A stretch of DNA of 64,000 bases from Bdellovibrionota bacterium (lineage in GTDB: Bacteria > Bdellovibrionota_C > UBA2361 > CAKMMH01): contig JBMNLI010000012.1 in the NCBI GenBank assembly GCA_050952645.1, forward strand, positions 287,588 through 351,587, given 5' to 3'. The notes under the pieces are model-generated. The model did not search any database and was not told where the DNA came from. It saw only the letters and a program-made list of their open reading frames with translations. The position numbers and the translations under genes are program-made. Of this stretch, positions 20,618 through 29,645 are shown piece by piece; the first letter of the stretch is position 1, and every line of letters begins with the position of its first letter.

Positions 20618-21067
20618 TTAGAATTTTCCAGATGAACCAAACCCACCGTGTCCTCTTTCAGTTTCTCCGAGTGCCTCTAGGGAATCTTCTTCCTTAGCCG
20701 AAACTAAACAAGGAACTACTATGGCTTGAGCAATTTTTTCACCTTTTAATAGAGTTTGTGGTTCCCTCGCTTTCATTTGAAAGAACTATTTTTAGCTCTC
20801 CTCTATAACTAGCATCGATAACGCCAGCATGGGTATATATGCGTCCTTTTAGAAGCCATGCTAGACCTATCTTTAATAATCATTACGTAGCCTAGCGGTA
20901 TAGCAAAATGTAGTCCCGTGCTGACTAATGCTTGCGTCTTAGGTGCAATAGTTATCTCGTTAAATGCTCTTATATCAAAACCTGCATCACCTAAATTGAG
21001 GTATAACTAAGTCTATTCCACTTTCTTTTGCTTCTTTAGTTAAGAAAAATTTTAATTCTGCATTCAT
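20618..21067 (-). pseudogene. dut: dUTP pyrophosphatase (dut) with at least three frameshifts
   Basis: Minus-strand translation gives MNAELKFFLTKEAKESGIDLVIPQ, then NLGDAGFDIRAFNEITIAPKTQALVSTGLHFAIPLGYVMIIKDRSSMASKR, then GVIDASYRGELKIVLSNESEG, then GEKIAQAIVVPCLV...GETERGHGGFGSSGK. Each segment lies in a different frame, spanning 450 bp in total. Confidence 0.6.
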
Positions 21068-21078
21068 AATATCTCTCG

Positions 21079-21140
21079 CTTATAATATCTAGCTTATAAT
21101 ATTCTAGATTATAATATCTAGATTATAATATCTAGATTAT
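21079..21140. repeat. ~14-15 bp tandem repeat (tctagattataata) x4 immediately upstream of the dut start
   Basis: Sequence reads atatctagcttataatattctagattataatatctagattataatatctagattatataac. Confidence 0.5.
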
Positions 21141-21152
21141 ATAACAGTTATC

Positions 21153-21338
21153 GTTAACTAAATTCTTCACGTTTTAAGGTGTTTTTAAATCCTAAAAAAT
21201 TAGCATCATCCACCCACAGAAGCCCAAAAGAAAATTGACTTTAAATGAATTTGCATAAAATAAATTACTTTTAATATAGCTGTAATTTTTTTTTGAAACT
21301 ATAGCTAGTTTTATATAAAAGTCAATTTTCTTTTAAGC
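21153..21338. repeat. MITE-like element, copy 3, 5' part (interrupted by the group II intron)
   Basis: Starts with TIR ttcttcacgttttaaggtg. 21225-21338 is near-identical to 12583-12696. Ends ...aattttcttttaagc immediately before the intron's GTGTG. Confidence 0.65.
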
Positions 21339-23236
21339 GTGTGCCGGGCACGACATAGTTCTAGCGGGTGAAAGTCCCGTCACGGGTAGTTGTCACCAAG
21401 TGTAGTGATGCCACAAGCTCGAAGCAGTAATGTTAGAGTGAAGGAAGTGGCGGATCAAAACCAAGGAGCCTACGAACAGAAACCAGATACAAGGCTAAAT
21501 GGTGGGTGAGGTTGCGCTACAAACCGAAGCCCTAAAGACAAACGTAAAACCAAACGAGTAAATCTGGAGGTTGTCTGGTGAAAGAACTATGCCTTACCCC
21601 GGGAGGTCCAGATAAGCGTGCTATGCACGTGCGATATAAAGCTTATATCTGGAAGTCAGTTGATACCATAGTACTTGAGACACCACTCAAGGAAGGGTTG
21701 AACGTTAATATATTGTGAATCACTGTAAGCAAGGCTAGAAGAGTCCGAAATTGAAGATATGCCTAACAAACAGGAACGTAACCTGTGGGGGCAGAAGATA
21801 GAGGGGGTGTTTTCTAGTAGCTTTACAAACAGAGGGAGGAGCAACAGGTGGAATTGATTGAACTGATTATATCAGACAAAAATATAGATGAGGCTATAAA
21901 GGCTGTTAAGCGAAATAAAGGTGCATCTGGTGTAGATGATATGCCAGTAGATGAGCTTGAAGACTATTTTGCCGTTCACAGAGAAGAGATAAAATCTCAG
22001 ATACGTGAAGGGAATTATAAGCCGAGTCCAGTTAAGAGAGTGTATATACCTAAAGCTAATGGTAAGATGAGACCTTTAGGAATACCTACAGTAGTAGATA
22101 GGGTAATTCAACAAGCGGTAGCGCAAATACTAGCACGCGGATACGAAAAAGTATTTTAGTAATAGTAGCTATGGCTTTAGACCTAGAAGGAATTGCCATC
22201 TAGCAGTATATAGAACTCTTGAGTACTTGAAAAGAGGCTATGATTGGGTTATAGACCTAGACATAGAGAAATATTTTGATACTGTTAATCACGACAAAAT
22301 TAATTTTCGATAATCAGGGAACGCATCAAAGATGCGAAGACACTACGATTGATAAGACAGTTCTTAAGAGCTGGTATAATGGAAGATGGATTGTTTACTG
22401 TAAGTGAGAAAGGAGTTCCGCAAGGAGGTCCATTATCCCCAGTATTATCTAACATATACCTTGATAAGCTCGACAAGGAACTGGAAGCAAGAGGACTTAA
22501 GTTTGTTAGATATGCCGATGACTGTAATATATTTGTTAGAAGTGAAAAGGCTGCTAATAGAGTAATGAAGTCCGTTGCGAGTTGGTTGGAGCGTAAGCTA
22601 CGACTTAAAATTAATTCAAGTAAGAGTAAAATCTCTAGGCCGACGGAAAGCACTTTCTTAGGCTTTACCTACTGGAAGAGTGGGTATAAAACTTGGAAAT
22701 GTAAACCTGCTGAAGATCGCAAACGAAAACTCTATGATAAAACTAGAGAAATTCTTTGTAGACGGAAGGCAATGGCACGAACGTTAGGTTCGACATTTCA
22801 ACAGCTAAGCTGGTTAATTAAAGGTTGGATAAACTATTATAAGATAGGAACTCTTAAGACTTTTATAGATAAATATGGTCAATGGCTTAGACACAAAGTG
22901 AGGGTTATAATACTTAAACAGTGGAAATTGCCGAGACGAATCTATCTAAATCTTAAGAAATTGAACCGAATGCTTGGTTGCAATTTTAGAAATGAAGAAA
23001 TCTATAAGGTTGCTAACAGCAGACTCGGCTGGTATAGACGCAGTTCGTGGTACGTAGTGAATTATGCATTAAGCCCTAAAATATTGGGGCGTAAAACAAA
23101 GGAACGAATTGGTTTAATCGACCCTTTGACGTATTACCTGAGTATTACTTGATATTATATTAATGGAGCGCCGTATACGAGACCCGTACGTACGGTGCGA
23201 CGGGAGGGAGAGGGTATAGCCCTCGCTCTACCCTAT
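21339..23236 (+). mobile_element. bacterial group II intron (~1.9 kb), En-minus type, inserted in MITE-like repeat copy 3
   Basis: 5' GTGTGCC... boundary. Domain V/VI-like hairpins near the 3' end (gagcgccgtatacgagacccgtacgtacggtgcgac; gggtatagccctcgctctaccctat with a bulged A). The encoded protein is RT plus maturase. The flanking sequence reconstitutes the uninterrupted repeat seen at 12524-12742. Confidence 0.75.
21848..23152 (+). pseudogene. group II intron-encoded reverse transcriptase/maturase, interrupted by two frameshifts (~22150 and ~22315); no endonuclease domain
   Basis: RT motifs 0-2 lie in ORF 21848..22159 (PLGIPTVVDRVIQQAV). RT3-4 sit in another frame (SYGFRPRRNCHLAV ... DLDIEKYFDTVNHDKI). 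RT5-7 and domain X lie in ORF 22349..23152 (GVPQGGPLSPVLSNIYL ... YADDCNIFV). Confidence 0.7.
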
Positions 23237-23283
23237 TAACTCCCAAAAATAATTTTTCTAACCCACCTAAAACGTAAAGAACC
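23237..23283. repeat. MITE-like element, copy 3, 3' part (after the intron)
   Basis: taactcccaaaaataatttttctaacccacctaaaacgtaaagaac matches 12697-12742. Confidence 0.6.
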
Positions 23284-23309
23284 TTTAACTATACTATTTA
23301 ACTATATCA

Positions 23310-25390
23310 TTAAAGCAAAGCTTTTCTAGAGAGCCTTATTTTACCGAATCTATCGACCTCTAAAACTTTCACTTCAATCTCATCGCCAATTTGCATCTCG
23401 TCTTCTACTCGCCTAATTTTCCTATTAGCGATCTCTGAAATATGTAAAAGCCCATCGGTGCCAGGTAGAATTTCAACGAACGCCCCAAAGTCTGCTATTC
23501 TTTTCACTATACCTTTGTATACTTTACCAACCTCGGCTTCAGCTACAATGCTTTCTACTACCGTTAGGGCTGAATTTATATCATCTTGATTAACTGCCGT
23601 AATTGCTACTATGCTATCATCTGAAATATCTATCTTAACATTATAAGACTCTTGAATAGACCTAATGGTTTTTCCGCCTTGCCCTATAATATCTCTTATC
23701 TTATCAGGATTAATTTTTAGCGTTACTATTTTAGGAGCGTAGCTACTAATCTCATCTTTAGGTTTACTTATAACCTCGTTCATTTTAGAAAGGATAAACA
23801 TTCTTCCTTCGTAAGCTTGTGCTAAGGCTTTTTCTAGAATTTCTTTATCTAGTCCTTTTATTTTAATATCCATTTGAAGTGCAGTTACGCCTTTAGCAGT
23901 TCCGCAAACTTTAAAGTCCATATCTCCTAAGTGATCCTCATCGCCGAGAATATCCGTTAGAACTACGAAATCATCACCTCTTTTCATTAGTCCCATTGCT
24001 ACGCCTGCTGCTGGTGCTGTGATAGGAACGCCTGCGTCCATTAACGCTAAACTAGAACCGCACACGGTCGCCATGGAACTAGAACCGTTGCTTTCAGTGA
24101 TTTCTGAAACTATTCTTATTACGTAAGGAAACTCTTCTTCAGGTGGCAAAATAGCGCTTACAGCACGTTCTGCTAGAGCACCGTGCCCAATTTCACGTCT
24201 CCCTGGGCCCCTTACAGGCTTAGTTTCACCTACTGAAAACGGTGGAAAATTATAGTGTAAAATAAATTTCTTTTTTGCATCATCTTCCATTAAATTATCG
24301 ATTCTTTGTGCTTCGCTTTCAGCTCCTAAAGTGGTCGTAACTATAGCTTGAGTTTCCCCACGAGTAAAAAGTGAAGAACCGTGCGTTCTAGGTAGAACTC
24401 CAATCTCTATAGAGATAGGTCTTACCTCGTTAAATGCACGTCCATCTATTCTTTTTCCTTTATCGAAAGCAAACCCTCTAACGATTTGATAATTTAAATC
24501 TTCAAATATTCTATCTATTTGAACTTTAATGTCGCTTGCGTTTTCATCATCTTCTTTAACGAACTCTTCTACTAGTTTTTCTTTCGCTAATTTTACGGCT
24601 TTTGCTCTTTCTAATTTTTCTTTTACTTGAACTGCGTTTTTAATATCTTCAGAAATAAATTTTTTTACATCGTCAAACAATTTTTCATCGTATCTAGTAT
24701 GCTCAAAAACTATTTTTTCTTTTCCTGCTTGTTTAATTAAATCTTCTTGAAGCTCGATAAGTATTTTTAATTCATTATGAGCATATATAAGTGCATCTAG
24801 CACCTCACTTTCAGGCACTTCTTTAGATTCTCCTTCTACCATTACTATTGCATCTTTAGAACCAGCAACGATATAATTTAAATCTGCATTTTCTCTTTCA
24901 GTTGGACTTGGATTTAATCTTTAGTTTGCCGTCTATCCTACATACTCTAACTGCTGCAATTGGTCCATCAAAGGGTATCTCTGAGATTGATAAAGCTGCT
25001 GATGCACCGCACAAAGCTAGAACGTCTGTATCGTGTTCGCCCGTCTGCGCTCATAACGGTCGCAATAACTTGCACTTCTCTATTAAATCCATCTGGGAAA
25101 AGCGGTCTACAAGGTCTATCTATAAGTCTTGAAGTTAGCGTTTCAGCATCGCTAAGTTTTCCTTCTCTTTTAAGAAATCCTCCAGGAATTTTTCCTGCTG
25201 CATAAGTTTTTTCTACATAATCTATGGTAAGAGGAAAAAAATCTCCCTCTTTTTCTTCTCCTAGACAAGCCGTAACGAGCACCACTGAGTCGTAATATCT
25301 TACGAGCACTGCTCCTGCTGCTTGTTTAGCTATTCTTCCTGTCTCTATACTAAAATTACCACCATGAAAGTCTTTCTGTACTATAAACAT
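23310..25390 (-). CDS. pnp: polynucleotide phosphorylase (PNPase) with two apparent +1 frameshifts (~24900 and ~25040)
   Basis: N-terminal 140-aa ORF is a PNPase RNase-PH domain. The C-terminal 510-aa ORF carries the second PH domain, KH and S1 domains. The joining segment translates correctly ([52 protein letters not shown]) only after removing one G from GGG and one A from AAA. Confidence 0.8.
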
Positions 25391-25401
25391 CGATTCACCT
25401 C

Positions 25402-25443
25402 TTTTATTTATTATTTATTATTTATTATTTATTATTTATTATT
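25402..25443. repeat. heptanucleotide tandem repeat (ATTTATT)6 in the pnp 5' leader/promoter
   Basis: atttattatttattatttattatttattatttattatttatt lies 12-50 nt upstream of the pnp ATG (25390, minus strand). Confidence 0.7.
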
Positions 25444-25842
25444 TTATTTTACACTACTACTTAAATATTATACTTAATTTTAACACTCTACTTTAACACT
25501 CTACAACATCTTATATCAAAATATCTTACGCTAAATAACATCTTAATATTAAACATTTTACATTAACTATTTAAACTATATACAAGTTAGCACTACTATT
25601 TAAATATATTATTAAATATATTATTAAAAAGATGTATTAAAGAGAATTTTTGAAAAACATTACTCATCTTAAAAAAATTATAACAATCAAACTAAAAACT
25701 AAACTTAAAATTAAGAAAACTTTTTAATTACTCTATTTAAAAAATTATTTATTTTATAAACGCTTAAGATGAATTAAATTGAAAAAATTTAAATTTAAAA
25801 AATTATTTACTAAGGTATTTACTTTAGCTTATTTACCTTGGC

Positions 25843-26118
25843 TTATTTACGTAGACCAAGTTTAGCGATCAACTCTCTATATCTTTCAACGTTTTCATTT
25901 CTTAAATATTTTAATAAACTTTTTCGACGAGAAATTAGTTTTAACATTCCTCTTTTTGAATGTTCATCTTTTTTATTAGTTTCAAAGTGTGTAGATAAAT
26001 TTAAAATACGATCAGTTAACAAAGCGATTTGAACTTCTAGAGAACCCGTATTACTTTCTTGTCCTCCGTATTCTTTAATCAATAATTTTTTTCTCTCAGC
26101 AACATCTGCTACACTCAT
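25843..26118 (-). CDS. rpsO: 30S ribosomal protein S15
   Basis: 91-aa protein with strong S15 similarity ([12 protein letters not shown]). Canonical rpsO-pnp arrangement. Confidence 0.9.
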   Translation of the reverse strand: MSVADVAERKKLLIKEYGGQESNTGSLEVQIALLTDRILNLSTHFETNKKDEHSKRGMLKLISRRKSLLKYLRNENVERYRELIAKLGLRK

Positions 26119-26314
26119 TTAAAAATCTCCTATAAAATTATTTCTACAAAAATCAAGATTAAAATTTAACAGATTATTTTAATAAAGTCAATTAAGTATA
26201 TTGATTATATACGTTTTGAAAGTAGGTTTTGTTAGAGGTAAAATTTTTTTAGATAGTTTTGATTTTTTGATAAATATTAAATAATAATTAAAAATAGATT
26301 ATAAAAAAAGGTAG

Positions 26315-26342
26315 CTCGAAAGTGGATCTTCCCACTTTCGAG
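26315..26342 (-). terminator. Rho-independent terminator (11-bp perfect stem ctcgaaagtgg/ccactttcgag, 6-nt loop) at the end of the higher-GC island
   Basis: Perfect hairpin. A-run (plus strand) at 26304-26310 gives a T-run after the hairpin on the minus strand. Lies 34 nt downstream of the stop of gene 26376..26738. Confidence 0.65.
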
Positions 26343-26375
26343 TTTATACCTTTGCAAGTTTACGGAAGCTGTTTT

Positions 26376-26738
26376 TTAAGCAGCTGTAACACCTCCAAGG
26401 CGTACAACTACTATAGCTCCTTCCTTAAGTTCTTTCCCATCAGGTGTTCTCCCGGTTTTTCGTATTATTACCAAAATCTGATGGAGAATAACGCGAGGCT
26501 GACCCCTACTCGTGGCAACGATATCTAGAATATCGCCATCGTATTCTTTTCCTTTTAAATTTTTACTCGTATTAGAGTGGTAAATGGCATAGCAATTCTC
26601 AGCTACTTTCGTCACGATCGCAAGACAGCCTGCTTTAATTCCATCTTCTTCGATAGTTCCATTGAAAAAAACGAAAAAAAACTCCTGGCCTTCAGGTAAA
26701 TTCACTGATACCGCATTATTATCAACAGTATTTTCCAT
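26376..26738 (-). CDS. hypothetical small protein (120 aa), island gene
   Basis: ORF with AAGAAGG SD 8 nt before the ATG at 26738. Higher GC than the genome background. No homology recognised. Confidence 0.45.
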   Translation of the reverse strand: MENTVDNNAVSVNLPEGQEFFFVFFNGTIEEDGIKAGCLAIVTKVAENCYAIYHSNTSKNLKGKEYDGDILDIVATSRGQPRVILHQILVIIRKTGRTPDGKELKEGAIVVVRLGGVTAA

Positions 26739-26917
26739 TAAAAACCTTCTTTCTAAGCTAGTCAAAGCAAAGTAGTCCCTTTGTAAAAACTAAAGGACTG
26801 TTAAAACCGACATAACTTTTTTAGTGTACCTTAAAAACTAATTAAAGAAAATGGTAAAAATTATAAAAATTTATTTAATCTTCAAATAACGCTTTACGTT
26901 CTTTATATAAAAAAAAA

Positions 26918-26957
26918 GCCTCGGAGCGAAAAAAGGTTTTCCTTTTTCGCCCGAAGC
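26918..26957 (-). terminator. Rho-independent terminator after gene 26977..27426
   Basis: gcctcggagcgaaaaaagg tttt cctttttcgcccgaagc imperfect hairpin. Preceded on the plus strand by an A8 run, which is a T-run on the minus strand. Confidence 0.5.
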
Positions 26958-26976
26958 TTATATAACGATTAGCTTT

Positions 26977-27426
26977 TTAGCTGTTCGAGAGTTTAGCAAG
27001 CGTTTCATCACGCCACGCTTTTATTTCATCTTGGTGGGCTTCCTCGGCTTTTAGTACTTCAGCTTTTTCCATAAGGTGTTTTCCATGGAGTGCTGCATGG
27101 AGCCCTACGATTTTTGTATTATCATCACCCCAAAAACAAACGTTCCCATTTACGAGGCTTTCGTCGCCATTGCGATCGATACTTTTTTCCCAAATAACTG
27201 TAATTTTCCCAGTGTCGCTAATTTTGATGATGTTTTTATCTAGCAAATCATCAAAAGAGCTAATATAATCAGTGCCAACAAAGCAGGCTTGAAGTCGACC
27301 TTCTTTTTTTAGATAGACTACTTCAGACTTTTTACCAAAAATTGTGGAGGTTCTGATCGCATCTCCGTACTTTTCAGGAACAAAACAATTTCGAGTAGGA
27401 ACGCCAAACTTAGCATCTAAAGACAT
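26977..27426 (-). CDS. hypothetical protein (149 aa), island gene
   Basis: Intact ORF. No recognisable domain. Confidence 0.45.
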   Translation of the reverse strand: MSLDAKFGVPTRNCFVPEKYGDAIRTSTIFGKKSEVVYLKKEGRLQACFVGTDYISSFDDLLDKNIIKISDTGKITVIWEKSIDRNGDESLVNGNVCFWGDDNTKIVGLHAALHGKHLMEKAEVLKAEEAHQDEIKAWRDETLAKLSNS

Positions 27427-27573
27427 AGCAGTCTCCTTTTATTTTTAAAACCTATTTAAGTCGTGCCTAAAAAGTTTAAGGATTTTTTATCCTTTAACCT
27501 TTTTACGATAATATCTTATTAATTCTTATTACTAAAGTATAACATAAGCGAACACTTATGCTTTTAAAGAAAT

Positions 27574-27786
27574 TTAATCTTGAGGAAAAATCTTTTTGAT
27601 ATTTCCTTGGGATATATCCTTTAATTCATCTTCGGTAATAGGTCTTACATCGCGTCCTACAAAGCGACGAACGATGTTAGGAATGTTTCTTACGATTTTA
27701 TCCAAATAAATTTTATTATCTTTTATGGCTAAGCCAAATTCTTCTAATTTTTGGGCATTAATTTCACAAATGCCAAACCCCTTCAA
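27574..27786 (-). CDS. small protein (70 aa) sharing an N-terminal motif with 29127..29402 (possible swapped-hairpin/AbrB-like fold)
   Basis: GFGICEINAQKLEEFGLAIKDNKI versus HGVLTISPEELEEAGLTIREGKI in the paralog. Confidence 0.4.
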   Translation of the reverse strand: MKGFGICEINAQKLEEFGLAIKDNKIYLDKIVRNIPNIVRRFVGRDVRPITEDELKDISQGNIKKIFPQD

Positions 27787-27797
27787 TAAAAAAAATA

Positions 27798-27823
27798 CTT
27801 AGGGAGCAAAATTACTCCCTAAG
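27798..27823 (-). terminator. hairpin terminator, copy A of a repeated motif (cttagggag caaaatta ctccctaag) followed on the minus strand by a T-run
   Basis: 9-bp perfect stem with an 8-nt loop. A9 on the plus strand lies immediately 5', which is a T-run on the minus strand. A second copy at 28563-28588 has a compensatory change. Confidence 0.6.
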
Positions 27824-28060
27824 CGTTATACATTTATGAACTTTAAGCTATATAAACTCAAGCTCAAACCAAACCAGAATGATTTAACTATCTTATGCAA
27901 TTAAGCGATTTTTTAATTTAGACTTTAATAGTATTTGATGCATCTTCAAGCATTTTGCGATACTTATCGAAGTCTTTAAATGAATATTCGCCAATTGATG
28001 AAGTAACTTCGCCTCCTGTAGCTTCTAGAAACATAGTCTGATTGAGTTCGTTAAGCACCT

Positions 28061-28423
28061 TTAATCAGGGGTTTCTAAAATCAACTTTCCTGCTTGAGAC
28101 TCGACATTAACTCTTAATTGTCCAAATTTGCGATTTGGAGCAAAATAATCAAGAGATAACCCTACAACTTCAAGCAGTTCAATTGGAATAGCGTACCCAA
28201 GAATAGTCCAAACCCATTTTGTAGGGTCTACACTATATAAATAACCTTCGTCAGCGCTATACCCATTTGAAGTACAACTAATTTGCTCCTCGTTTCGCAT
28301 AAGATTTAGAGCTTTGATTTTTGCCAATAACTCTTTTTCATCGCCACTAAAAAACGGGATATCATCCACTCCCTCTTTGGGTGTTTTATTAGGCGGCTCC
28401 GCAATAGTAGGATCATTTTCCAT
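28061..28423 (-). CDS. hypothetical small protein (120 aa), island gene
   Basis: Intact ORF, GC-richer than background. A possible 49-aa ORF follows at ~27915-28064 before the terminator. Confidence 0.45.
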   Translation of the reverse strand: MENDPTIAEPPNKTPKEGVDDIPFFSGDEKELLAKIKALNLMRNEEQISCTSNGYSADEGYLYSVDPTKWVWTILGYAIPIELLEVVGLSLDYFAPNRKFGQLRVNVESQAGKLILETPD

Positions 28424-28562
28424 CGTTAGCTCTACTTTCCGTAGTTATGGAACCTAAAAAGTAAGAAATTTACACTATAAAACCGATTAAAAATAATTGG
28501 TTTCTTTAATGCAAAAACGCCAAATTCACCTATTATCTTTCTAAAAATAGATTAAAAAAATA

Positions 28563-28588
28563 CTTCGGGAGCAAAATTACTCCCGAAG
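28563..28588 (-). terminator. hairpin terminator, copy B of the repeated motif (cttcgggag caaaatta ctcccgaag)
   Basis: Same stem-loop as 27798-27823 with an a>c change compensated by t>g. A-run on the plus strand 5' of it. About 60 nt downstream of the stop of 28648..29025. Confidence 0.6.
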
Positions 28589-28647
28589 CGGACTAGACAA
28601 AACCTAAAGTATAGGTCTTACAAACGACTAGTAAATATCAAAGAACG

Positions 28648-29025
28648 TCATTCGCTTTTTTTTTCGTATTCGGCCAAGCAACCTTTAATGGTTTCTTCGT
28701 CGACAGTTCGATATAAACGCTTGCCACATAACCCCAAATATTCACAGGAGTTATTTTCATCGAGAATTTGCAAACACTCATGTTCGTCAAGTCGTAAATT
28801 ATCCCTACGAAGATCATTTGCTCTTAAAGGAACAACCAAGTAATCTTTACCTATTCCTTGAGTTAAATGTTTAACAGGGTTAAGACCTTTATAAACACAA
28901 TCATCCCAAGCCTCTTGATTTAATATAACGATCGACCAATCACTAGGGGTAATACCATTTTCAGCGGTCGAAAGTCTTTGCTCCCTTAAAAAATCATCGA
29001 AACTTTTTTTACTTTTACCACTCAC
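28648..29025 (-). CDS. hypothetical small protein (125 aa), island gene
   Basis: Intact ORF, ~38% GC by eye. No domain recognised. Confidence 0.45.
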   Translation of the reverse strand: MSGKSKKSFDDFLREQRLSTAENGITPSDWSIVILNQEAWDDCVYKGLNPVKHLTQGIGKDYLVVPLRANDLRRDNLRLDEHECLQILDENNSCEYLGLCGKRLYRTVDEETIKGCLAEYEKKSE

Positions 29026-29126
29026 AGCTTTTTATCCTTTACAAGCTATATAGATTAACCTTACCTAAAAATAAGGGCTGCTATAAAAACAACCCTTAAA
29101 TACGCCTAAAATCACGTCATCGATAC

Positions 29127-29402
29127 TTATTGGCTCATTCCGTGTCTAACACCTCTACGCATTTCGCGGTCTAGGGCATCAAGGTATTCCTCTTTAGTTT
29201 TAAACACACGTGCTTCACAACCTAAGAGTCCCTCGTATTTGTATGGAATTTTGCCTCCTTTTGCGTTTTTACAAATCTTGCCTTCCCTAATGGTCAGCCC
29301 AGCTTCTTCAAGTTCTTCAGGAGAAATTGTAAGAACGCCATGCCCTTTAACGTAAATACACTTACGCCAATCTGCTTCTTTATTAGCAACTACTTTACTC
29401 AT
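29127..29402 (-). CDS. small protein (91 aa), paralog of 27574..27786
   Basis: Shared motif. Weak hairpin (gggctgctataaaaacaaccc) downstream at ~29067-29090. Confidence 0.4.
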   Translation of the reverse strand: MSKVVANKEADWRKCIYVKGHGVLTISPEELEEAGLTIREGKICKNAKGGKIPYKYEGLLGCEARVFKTKEEYLDALDREMRRGVRHGMSQ

Positions 29403-29645
29403 AGTCTTATTCCTTATTTTAAGGATGACCTAGAAACAAAAATTTCACACCAAAGAGCAGCTTATAAAAGCCAAACTTTTAGTGTAAAAACCATAAAACG
29501 ACATTTTATTTTACTAGAGAAATAAACTTTTAGCAACGAAAATAAAACTAACTATACTTAGGTTTTTTAGACCTTAGTTTTTTTAAAGCCTTGTTTTTCT
29601 AAGCATTGCTTTTCTTTATCTTAGTTTCTTAAAATATTTACTTCT

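Noticed and set aside
24902-25205. Two plus-strand ORFs (76 and 81 aa) between the pnp fragments
   Set aside because: They lie antisense across the pnp frameshift region. The minus strand encodes contiguous PNPase sequence once single-base indels are allowed.
26300-29500. Possibility that the small same-strand genes with downstream inverted repeats are integron gene cassettes with attC sites
   Set aside because: The hairpins are each followed by a T-run on the coding strand and sit right after the upstream stop codon, leaving 150-240 nt before the next gene. That is terminator geometry, not attC. The GTTRRRY/RYYYAAC core sites are not present (GTTATAC, GCGGACT). No intI or attI is in view.
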